NCBI GenBank assembly: GCA_963514005.1
Contig: OY740809.1
Span: forward strand, 22,692,001-22,756,000
Length of the DNA stretch: 64,000 nt
Reading direction: 5' to 3'
Source of the DNA: Raja brachyura
Taxonomy: Eukaryota
In this document: positions 14,101 through 26,100 of the stretch, piece after piece
How positions within the stretch are numbered: position 1 is the first letter of the stretch
How the letters are laid out: each line of letters begins with the position of its first letter
The notes under the pieces: generated by a model
What the model was told of the DNA's origin: nothing
Databases searched by the model: none
The model's input: the letters and a program-made list of their open reading frames with translations, nothing else
Position numbers and translations under genes: made by a program

Positions 14101-17100
14101 ATTATAACTTTATGTTATTGCACTCGTTGGTAAGCTTCTGCCAGTTCAGCCTGTTGAAGCTTAATAGGGATCGCAAAGACTACATTTACATGGTTAGGGT
14201 TCATAGGATCACAGAAACAGCCCTTTCAGCTCAACACAAAGCTGATCTTTTTGACCATCGACACTAATCCCATTTGCCCATCTCAGATCCGTATCCTTCT
14301 ATACCATACCTATTTAAGTGTTTGTCTGAATGATTCATTAACATAGTGATTGTATCTGACTTCTCTACCTCCTTTGGCAGGGAATTCCAGATATCAACCA
14401 GTGTAAAAACACTTTCCTCTCCAATCCCCTTCAAAATTTCTTCCTCTCACTTTAAGCCTAGTGATAAAGATTTTGACTACCTACACTTTCTTGTCTCATA
14501 AATTGATATGCTTCTATCATGTTATCCCTCAGTTTCCTATATCCCAGGGAAAACAAACCCAGTTTATTTAATTTGTCCCCAGATGCAAGTCCTCCAATTC
14601 AGGCAATATCCTGGTGAGTCTCGTCTGGGCTCTGTCTCATTTTGCTGTATTCGTTCTCACCTAGCAAACAGCTAACAATGGCGTGTTTCCTTTATCATCG
14701 TTACTTTTTTGCATATCTTTCATTCATCTGTTTCATATCTTTCTACATCACCGTCTATATCTCTCAGTTGCTTTTCCCCCGACTCAGTCTGAAGAAGGAT
14801 CTCGACCCGAAATGTCACCTATTCCTTTCCTCCAGAGATGCTGTCTGACCAGCTGAGTTACTCCAGGTTTTTGTGTCTTTCCTCACCCTCCTATAATGTG
14901 GAAATCAGAACTGTGCATGATACTCCAAATTTGGTTGAACTAGTGTTCGTAAAGGTGTAACGCAACGTCTCTAGAATGGAGCGGCTAGGCTTGTATACTC
15001 TGGAGTTTAGAAGGATGAGAGGGAATCTGATTGAAACCTAAGATTATTAAGGGCTTGGAAACGCTAGAGGCAGGAAACATGTTCCTGATGTTGGGGTAGT
15101 CCAGAACCAGGGGCCATAGTTTAAGAATAAGGGGTCAGCCATTTAGAACGGAGACGAGGAAAAACTTTTTCACACAGAGAGTTGTGAGTCTGTGAAATTC
15201 TCTGCCTCAGAGTGGAGTGGGGGCTGGTTCTCTAGATGCTTGCAAGAGAGAGCTAGACAGAGCTCTTAAAGATAGCAGAGTCAAGGGATCTGGGAAGAAG
15301 GCAGGAACGGGCTGATTATGGATGATCATCCATGATTACATTGAATGGCGGTGTTGGCTCGAAGGGCCAACTCCTGCATCTATTGTCCACTTTAGTATTT
15401 TAAGCCCTAATCTAAGAAGGTAAGCATGCCATATGCCCTCTGATCATCTTCTAGCTGCTGCAGATATTTGTGTGCATTAAGAGAGTACCGATAGTCATTT
15501 AACAGCAACACAACGCAATATACTTCCACTCAGCAGCTAATATTTTCATTTAATTGTTCATATCTTTCTACATCACTGTCTATATCTCACATTTGCATCC
15601 GCCCCCCCCCCCCCCCGACTCAGTTGGCTTGACATTAATCAATGATAACTGACATTTAAATTCTTGGATTAAGCAAGCAGATGTTACTCTCCCAGAAGTT
15701 GTCTTTTTTGTTGTTGAAAATTTGATTAAAAATAACTTTTCATCCAATTAAAATGTAGTGCCCAAGTAATATTAGATAAGAAGGCGCCAGGATTTTAAAA
15801 TGGGATTGAGTGAACCATTTTCATTATTTCAACCAAATCCTTTTAGATGAAATAAATAATTTTACTTGTTCAGCAAAAACTCACATGTGAATTTTGTTCA
15901 CTTGTTCCTGTAGTTCCTCATCCGAGGGCAGATCTTCATCAATTTCATCTTCTTCGTACTCGTCAGATTCTGCATCGTATTCCTCATCGCTTGCCCCGTC
16001 GTCGCCAGAGAGTTCAGCCTCTTCTTCTACAAAGTCTCCAAGTTTCCTGTCAAATAATTTCAGTATTAGTGTAGTAGCTAATAATCTACTGCAGATTGCT
16101 ATACGACCACCAGGTAACATAAACAAACAACATTCCACCTTTATCAGAAATAATAAAATAATGCGAGTAGATGGAACGATTAGGAAGAATGCAGAGGACC
16201 ACGGTTGACAGCCACCCCCCCAAACGTTTAATCAAATAGTATATTTTAGAAATGCACAGAGAAGGTGTATAGAAAAGGTATGGTTATGATTTTGAGGGAA
16301 GGAGTAAAAAGAACCACGGCTGTACTAACAATTTATTTTTCCTTTGAATTTTCTGAGCCAACTGCTCCTCTTCGTCTTCCTCACTATCTTTATTTTCTTC
16401 ACCACCTTCATCTTCCTCACTATCTTTATCTTCTTCACCACTTTCGTCTTCTTCACCACCTTCGTCTTCACTTTTATCATCCTAAGTAGAGAAATTTGCC
16501 ATAAATAATAACTCAACAATATCAGTCCTTTGCTACATGGCACACATGACATCTCTCTAAATTATCAAACTTTTGATAAGTAGAACTTATCATATTAAAT
16601 ATTTACACACAGAATCATTGCTTCAAATTTCATACAATCTCTCACCTCACTCTCAAAAACTTCATCATCTGTTTGCAACTGAAACTGGTCGTCTTCGTTT
16701 TCATCATTCTCCCTGGATGGAGGATAGATGGTTTACGTTTATTATGTAAAGTAATGAAGACAATTAAAAACTTTTCACTCTAGAAACATATGTGACACTG
16801 AAGTGCAAATTATAAAATGCTCCTCATCCAGACAACATTAAGCTCCAAATAACACCATTTTGCAGATTTGAAACATTACCTGTTTGTGGGAAAAGACCCT
16901 AAGGAAAGTGCAAGCACCTCAGTCGTAGGATCATCCGATACTGAGTTTGTTGCTTTTTGTTCCTTTGCAGCTGAAGTGATGGAAGACATTGAATCTACTG
17001 CAAAGAGAAAAAAAGTTACAAATAAATTCTAGTGATAGTTACAAATTTCTGCTGTAAAGCCATTGACTCTCTGCGATATTCATCTTCAATTTCTGAATCT

Positions 17101-20100
17101 AATTTTACAAATAACCTGCCACTCGCCATGCATAGGAATCCACATAAAAATGTGTATTATGTACTTAATCAACCTAGCTGTTGAGGTTTACGAAGCTCCA
17201 CTTAACAAATTATTTTCCCAAGAGCAGTAAATTGAGTCAAAGTACCATAGCACGCAAACAGGCACATCATCCCACTGTGTCCGTGCCAACCATCAAGTGC
17301 CTATTTATACTAACCCCATTTTCCAGCAATTCCCCGTGACCTTATCTGCTGCAACACTTCAATTGATTGTTATAGTTCTGACGCCGTCCCCACCAGGTCC
17401 CCTGGCAGAGCAGTCCCAGATGACAACCATTCGTTAAACGAAAATATTCTTCCTTACATCCCCTAAATCTTCCACCCCGAGAAAATGACTGTTCTATGTG
17501 TTTTTAATTAACAAATTAAACACCTATCCAATTATTATAGACACAAAATGCTGGAGGAACTCAGCGGGACAGGAAGCATCTCGGGAGAGAAGAAATGGGT
17601 GGCGTTTTGGGTCGAGTCCCTTCTTTAGCCCAAATCTTCACCCATTCCTTCTCTGCAGAGATGCTGCCTGTCCATCTGAGTTCCTCCAGCATTTTGTGTC
17701 TATCTTGGGTTTAAGGCAGCATCTGCACACCTATTCAATTATATTTTGCAATAATCAGCACAGGCCAATCTATAGTATGTACACATTACTTGTATATGCA
17801 TATGGAATTTAGAATGCAAGTTAAAACTGCAAGAGCATACCTGGAGAAATAAATTTCCCAGAGCAAAGTCCAAGCAGCTCATCAATGTTTTCTTTTTCTT
17901 TGTTATCCTTTAATGTATCAAGGTTTTGAGGTTTGAACTCTCCTGAACAAAGACCCAACAACTCGCCCATATTTGCATCCATTGCATTTTCATCCATACT
18001 ATCCAAGATCAGTTGCCGCTTTAAGGGCTGCCACTTGTTGCTGCGATGACCCACATTCAGGAACCTAGTTCAAAAAATAAATCTCAAATTGTTTGCAATG
18101 TCTTAATAACTACCAGGAAGGTTTAAAACCCAATCTTTCATACAATCAGTCTTAGAATAAAGGGGAGGCCATTTAAAACTGAGGTGAGAAAAAACCTTTT
18201 CACCCAGAGTTGTGAATTTGTGGAATTCCCTGCCACAGAGGGCAATAGAGGCCAAATCACTGGATGGATTTAAGAGAGGGTTAGATAGAGCTCTAGGGGC
18301 TAGTGGAATCAAGGGATATGGGGAGAAGGAAGGCACGGGTTATTGATTGGCCTCCTCCTGCACGGTAAAATAAGAAAACATATTCATGGCTGTTTACTAC
18401 AGCAATCTTCAACTTGAAATGGTATAAAATGATCAAATTCTCAAGAACTTAAACCATTGTTGTTTCCGTAGCTTTTATCTACAACTCCACATCTTGATAG
18501 TTTCAAAGTACAGTCGTATGCAAAATTCTAGGCTCTAAGCAAAAATAGAGTTATTAATAACAAAAACGTATTTTCCTGGCTCTGATCCTTTTAATGAATA
18601 TAGCAACTTACCCATCTGCATCAAGTAGCTGACTTTGTGTTTCATCTTCGAGGGAGAACCTGAATTGAGATTCACCGGTTGAGTTTTTGGGTTCTGGAGA
18701 TGCATTGTACAAGTCTTGCGAATCTTCTACTGGCATAGAAGGCTCAGATAGCTTCCCAGAACTCTGATGGCATTAAAATGCATTGTCATATATTTTGTTG
18801 TTGGTTACACAGTATTTTCACTCTTCCAGGCGTATTCCTTTTACCCCACCCAAAAGGTCACAGCTTTGGAGTCATATAGTGTGGAAACAGGCGTTTTGGC
18901 CCAACAATGTCCCAGCTACATTAGTCCCACTTGCCTGCGCTTGGTCCATATCCCTCTAAACCCGTCCTATCCATGTACCTGTCTGTTTCTTAAACGATGG
19001 GATAGTCCCAATCTCAACTACCTCCACTAGCAGCTTGTTCCATACACCCACCACCCTTTGTGTGAAAAAGTTACCCCTCGGATTCCTATTAAATCTTTTC
19101 CCCTTCACCTTGAACCTGTGTCCTCTGGTCCTCGATTCCCCTGCTCTGGGCAAGATACTCTGTGCATCTACCTGATCTATCCCTCTCATGATTTTGTACA
19201 CCTCTATAAGATCCCCCCCTCATCCTCCTGCACTCCATGGAATAGAAACCCAGCCTACTCAACCTCTCCCTATAGCTCACACCCTCAAGTCCTGGCAACA
19301 TCCTCATAAATCTTTTCTGAACCCTTTCAAGCTTGACAATATTATTCCTATAACATGGTGCCCAGAACTGAACTCAATATTCTAAATGCAGTCTCACCAA
19401 CGTCTTATACAACTGCAACTTGACCTCCCAACTTCTAGACTCAACACTCTGACTGATGAAGGCCAAAGTGCTAAAAGCCTTTTAGACCACTTTATCTACC
19501 TGCGACTCAACCTTCAAGGAACCATGCACCTGTACTCCTAGATCTCTCTCCTCTACAACACTACACAGAGGCCTACCATTTACTGTGTAGGCCCTGCCCT
19601 TGTTCGACGTCCCAGAATGCAACACCTCACACTTCTCTGTATTAAAATCCATCAACCATTCCTCTGCCCACCTGACCAATCGATCCAGATCCAGCTGCAA
19701 TCTTTCACAACCATCTTCACTCCCTGCAAAGCTGCTCACTTTTGTATCATCTGCAAACTTGCTAATCTTGGCATGTATGTTCTCATCCAAATCATTGAAG
19801 CAGATGACAAACAGTAACGGGCCCAACACCGAACCCTGAGGCACACCACGAGTCACAGGCCTCCAGTCGGAGAACCAACCTTCCACCAACACCCTCTGCT
19901 TCCTTTCTTTTTACTCAATTAAGACTTTTCAATTTTCCGTGCCCTGTTCATTAAGGTTAATCTTGATATACTGCCAGACATACAGAATCATTGTTAAATA
20001 TTTGTAAAAAGCACAACTTTCAGTGGCAACTTTTTATTTAGTGTTTCCAAACAGAAAAAAACTGTTTTGCCTCAGGGCATTGAGACCAAATGTTTTGTGA

Positions 20101-23100
20101 AATATATTGTATAACTTGTTGACAAGATACAAAAACTGGAGTAACTCAGCAGGACAGCAGCATCTCTGGAGAGAAGGAATGGGTGATGTTTCGGGTCGAG
20201 ACCCTTCTTCAGATTATTTAAGGATAAGGGAAACAAGAGATATAGACGATCATGTGGAGAGATAAAGGACAATGAATAAAAGATATGCAAAAAAGTAATG
20301 ATGATAAAGGAAACAGGCCATTGTTAGCTGTTTGTAGGGTGAAAACGAGAAGCTACTGCGACTTGGGTGGAAGAGCGATAGAGAGGGAATGCCGGAGCTA
20401 CCTGAAGTGAAATAACTCAATATTCATACCACAGGGTTGTAAGCTGCCCAAGTGAAACATGAAATGCAGTGCCTCCAATTTGCATTTAGCCTCACTCTGG
20501 TAATGGAGGAGACCCAGGACAGATAGGTCATGTTAACTTGTTGACTTTTGCAATAGCTAGTATGGGAGCTATTTATGCTGCAGTCCTCAATCCAGGAGAT
20601 CAATAAATGTAAAAACAAATCTGGCACATCAGAATTTAGCATTGTATGCTTACCTTAGATGCTGAACTAATGAAGCTTGTTTTGAACTGACTATTTGGAT
20701 TAAAGAGGTTAGGTGACGGTGATCGGAATCCTCCATGCAAAGCAATTCCTAATCTGCCAGGATGTTTATTAATTGGTTGATATGAAGGAATCATTGATCC
20801 AATTAGTTCAAAGCTGCTGTTGTGGCTATTGTCCTTTGTTGTGGATGCCTGGGAGATGGAATCATCTTCATCTGAAAAATTAATGCATATATTGTCAAAC
20901 TATTTTATTCAAACAATGGTTATAAATACCTTGTGCCACTTTAAATATCTGCTATATTCTGCAGTCTGCCTTCGAGGAAGCTTCAAGTTACCCATGCTAA
21001 GTTTCAAAGGGCTACAAACAAAAACATTTTCAACAAAGCACATAACAAACCTGAGGTATGTGTCGTTGAAATACTTACATTAAAAAAAGTAAGTACTGGT
21101 TTGCAAAATTATCAAGTCCAGATAAACCAGTTTGGCAGTTAAGATATTAGGACTGACTGCGGTATTTGTACAAGGAAGGAAAACGTATATTCGTGAAGAA
21201 AAATAAATTACAGTTCAGAAAACTGTATAAAAGTAAAAGCAGGATAAGATGTTGCTGGGTGAGGTTCTCTTAGAACAACAATCTAGCTATCAGACATGGC
21301 TGCAACTTGTAGAATCGTAACAAGGCACTGCCCAGTTAAGTCACAATAGAAATAAAGATAATAACAAATCAAATTTAATTCTGCTCGATCAGTCACCAAG
21401 CCAAAGGTCTGTCTTTCTTTATATATTGCTTTTTTGATTGATCAAGTGGAAGGCATGAAATAAGGGCAAGACATGAGAACAGAATAGTTTCTGCTTCCAG
21501 ATATTGAAATAATATCTTTAAATAATCCTTGCCTGTATTGCTCTTTAGTAGTAGTGAGACACGAGAGGAAAATTCTTTACCAAGTTTACTGTTTCCTTTG
21601 GGTGGGGTTTGTTGAAGTTGCAGCCTCAATTTGTTGCCTGAAGCCTGCTCACTGAAAACAAAACAAAAATTTCTCAAATTGATATAATTATAGGTTATTG
21701 TTAAACACGTCAATTACTAATGCTATTCTAAAAACAGCATGTAGAAAATTCTTCAACAGTGAATTGATCGAAAATTCCATTCCACAGCTTTGGTGCTGTC
21801 GCACCACCATACAGTACAAGCACAGTAACGGTTGAATTCTTATTTTGAATATCACAAATGTGACATTACATTTTAAGGTGTTTGCAAAGATCATTACTTC
21901 ATGCACGTCCTACCATAATCGTATCATACAGATAATATTTTTCTCCCACAAATATAAGTAGCAAAATTAAGCAACAGTCTCAAATGTATTTGCATCTCAA
22001 CCTGAACCAATAATTTTCACAAGAAAGCAAAAATGGAGAAACGGTACTTTCAACAAGTTCAAATCGAATTAAGTTCCATTTTCAAATGTTAGCCAATACT
22101 GGCAGGGAAGAAGAAAAAAGGAAATTAAATTACATTAGACTTCCCCACTGAAAGTGCAATTTTTTAAAGTGATTTCCAGTGAAATCTAGGGTCCATCATT
22201 GGATGAGAATGAATACTATTTTAATAGTTCATATCAAAGGATCAGTACTAAGTAAATTATGGAACAAATATCTAGAAATTACCTTGTTTTAGAAGAAGAA
22301 TCTGTACCAAAATTGAAGGACTGTAAAAAATCTGACTTGACAGGTTTTGGAGTAGATTCCTTCTGGGTTTCTGGGTCTAGAAATGAAATCAAGTATTCAC
22401 ATAAAATTAGGGCAATATATATTATGGTCCCACATAAAATTGGCAGTCTACAATCAATCTGCTGCCTGAAGAGACATTCGAGATTAGCAAATTTAAGCAC
22501 CTTTTAAAAATGCACACCATTAATTTATCCATTTATCAGAATATGAAATTGCAATTTGAAAGTGAACATAGTGAATATGCATTACTGCATGTAGATTCAC
22601 AAGATAAACTGATTCTTTCTTGGGCTTGACATATGTTCCTGAGAGACTGACCTTAGCTCGCTGTTCACAAGCTTTAAAAGCGGGCAGGTAAAAAAAGTTG
22701 CCGTATAAAATCTCGGCAACAAATCACATTTAATCACCTTTTGAAAATGTCTTACTTTGAGTGTTTCCTAGTCAAAACATCAAATGTTGCACATAAACTA
22801 ATTAAATATCTGTTTCACTAACATTTAGATCAGGGGTCAGCAACCTTGTTCTGCATAGGGGCCAGGACGCATGTCTGTGAGCGGATGACAGTCCACCCCT
22901 TTGAAGATGCCACCCGGAGCACTGGCCCCTAGTTACGGGTGCTCACGAACTTGGCGCGCCTACGGACCATTGCCTTGGCTCTGTCCTGAAGGCGGTGGCT
23001 CAAATACTCATACTCACTCGTACCCGGCCTATTGACAACCCCGATCCCGACATTGAAACCCAGACATAGAAGGTGCGCGGCCATGCCGGCGGCTTTGCGC

Positions 23101-26100
23101 AGGATGCACTACAGCCAGAGCTCGGCACTCGGCCGTGCTCAGCCATTGCGGCCTCCTTGCGTCACCGCACCTGGGCGCCTCGGCCTCGGGAGGTACCTGA
23201 GATGACGGGAGTCTGCGGGGCCGGATGATTACAGGGGAAAGAAAAATACACCTGCGGGCCGGATGATTTCAGGTTATGGGCCACATTCGGCCCGAGAACC
23301 GTAGGTTGCCGACCCCTGATTTAGATGTTCCATTGTTTTAAGCTACATCATGCGGAAAGCTGAAAAAAGATACAAAAAGTATTTAATATTTTAAATAACG
23401 AAAACATGGCAGAAATAAACCCTGTAAGGACTACTGGTATTCAACATATGGCTATTAATCTGAACAGAGCTTTGGTGTATTTAAAATAACCTGCCAAATC
23501 AAAACCACTATAAAATGTTGATTCATATAACCTATTAATAAGAATGTACAGCCTTTTCGTTCGGGCCATTAAAATATAGTAGTACTTCATTCACTTCGCC
23601 CCAATAGAACAGTGCCAAATAATATTAATAGATAATATTAGAGATACAGTGCTGACACAGGCCCTTCGGCCCACTGAGTCTGCGCCAACCAGCGAACTCT
23701 GCATATTAACACTATCCAACACACACTCGGGGCAATTTACATTTATACCAAGCCAATTTACCTACAAACTTGTACAACTTGAATGTGGGAGGAAACCAAA
23801 GATCAGTTATGGGGAGAACGTACAAACTCTGTAGACAGCACCCGTACTTGGGATCGAACCCGGGTCTCTGGCGCTAAAAGGCAGCAACTTTGCCACTGCG
23901 CCACTGTTCTGCCAGTGCCATGTTATGTTATAACATGAAGCCATAGAGAAATCAGGAAAATCCCACATTGAATTTGGATACATTTTTCTCTAAAGATAAA
24001 GGTTTTTAAATATATAAACTTGAGTCATGCACCACATGTTGATCATATTCAGAAGACATCGAAAGACTGATCCAACTGGCAAAGTGCCTTTTAATTGGAT
24101 TCCACCTACTCTGAGCAGTGTCAGTAGATTGAGTATCATCCTCTGCTTCTGGCTCTCTTCCATCACCAAGAAGGAATTCTACAGTCTAAAACAAACATAA
24201 TCATTCCATTAATGCGAGAAAACATACTTGACAAATACAAAAACCTTATTGATAACCAATTAATGTTCCTTCCACAAATTACCTTTAATCTATGTTCCCT
24301 ATTTTTTATATTTCAGTTAAGAAAACTGGGCCCTCCTTGTTCTCTTTGTTTTGATCTCTCCCTTTTATACGTCTCATTTAAATCTCTTCCTCAAAGAAGG
24401 AGGAAACTCTTTAACTCAAAGAATTCAATTCTAAATTCGCCTCATAACTTATGGCAAGGTTTTCATAAATCTCTGCTGTAGCTTTTTTTGTGTGTTGACC
24501 AGAAATATACACCATATTAGATCTCTTCCCCAACTAGTTATATATAGTTCCAGTGTGACCTTTCACATATTTACTATGCCAGGACAAAAAAGACGAGGAC
24601 ATTTCTTATCTTGCTATCTTTATGAATCTGTCAATTTGATTTCTCGATTCATTTACTCCGTTCAGTATCCCATCATTTATTATGGCCTGATCCATGAAAG
24701 CAAACATCAGTAGAACAAATTCTATTTGCCACTTTTATGCTTACTTATACCACTAATCTTTCTACAGCCTAAAGTTTTCTTCCCCATCAATTTAATTACC
24801 AATTTTTATATCAGGACAAAATTTATTTAATTTGACTATTGCAATCTGGTCTAAATCTTTGATATGCAGACATGGTATCCTAATTTTGCACAATTAAAAA
24901 AAAAATTTTTTTAAACGGTAAGTAAATTCACTCTTTCTTCATAGATGTATTTTGACCCCTCGCGTATTAACCTGATTTAGTTAATTCAGATTCACATTTT
25001 TTGGTGAATTAGCAGGACAAAAGAAGAAATAAACTTATAGAATGAATGTGAATCTCTCTGCCACCCTCCTCCCTCCCTCGACTGCACCCTGCTATGATAC
25101 AGATCAGCAGAATGGTCAAAGTTGAAATGAAAAACTGAACAATGTTCCCTGTAATGTGTAAAAAACAAATTGAGATCTGCCCAGAGTTCTTTTGTTCAAT
25201 TGTAATAGATTGGGGAATACTTTCTACATTATCAACAACGTCTCCTTGTGCTATTTTGTTTTCCTTTCATTTTATCAAGCTTTAAAAAAAGATTGAATTT
25301 ACCTCAGACTCGTCCTCTTCAGACTCAGTCAGCTCTTCTTCTTCATCCTCTTCATCTTCAAAACCCTGCTCGTTATCAAGTTTGTAGAGTGCTTGCCGTT
25401 TCTGGCGCTCTTCTAGCCTCCGCAATTTCATTGCTTCCTGCAGTTTGGCTTTCAAAGCTTGCAGCTTCTCCCCTGCATAATGCAACAAAAAATTAATGAT
25501 GAAGGATTACTTAACTATTATAATTTAATAAAAATACATAAATCAAACATATCATATTGCCATGTCTGTAAAATTAGTTTATTGGCAAAATACTTGTCAA
25601 AGTTTTTAATTCAATGCCCTTGAATCAGAAACTAGATCTAGCAAAATTGTAGGACATTTAAGAATATTTTGCTTGTATTCGGGCATAAATCCACCTAGAA
25701 AGAATCAACCTGGCCAACATACTGTTATTGCAAGAGGGGTGCAAGGTAGTTTCATGCACAATGTAACTAACCTCGAACAAATGTTGTCAGCGTCTTGAGG
25801 TTAATAAATATTGCTATTGTCCTTTATTATTTATTCTGCTTCGTTGGCTTTCAATTTTCCTAACTACCTCATAACATGTAGCTAGGAAATCTTTATTTTT
25901 TAGGTTTGGCAAGGTGATTAGTAGTTTAGAGAAATGGTTGAAAACAAACAGGGTTGAATTTCAGTTTAAAATAATGCGATCAACATTATAAGAATAAAAC
26001 CACAATAACAATCAAGCAAACACGAAATGTGGTGATTGTGAGCAGATTGTATACAGATGCCACAATTAATCACAAGTATTGCCAATATAGTCACAGAAAC

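Noticed and set aside
16265-16552. ORFs 16325..16552(-) and 16265..16489(+) with Lys/Val or His/Leu repeats
   Set aside because: Alternative frames of the acidic repeat exon 19 of CLSPN.
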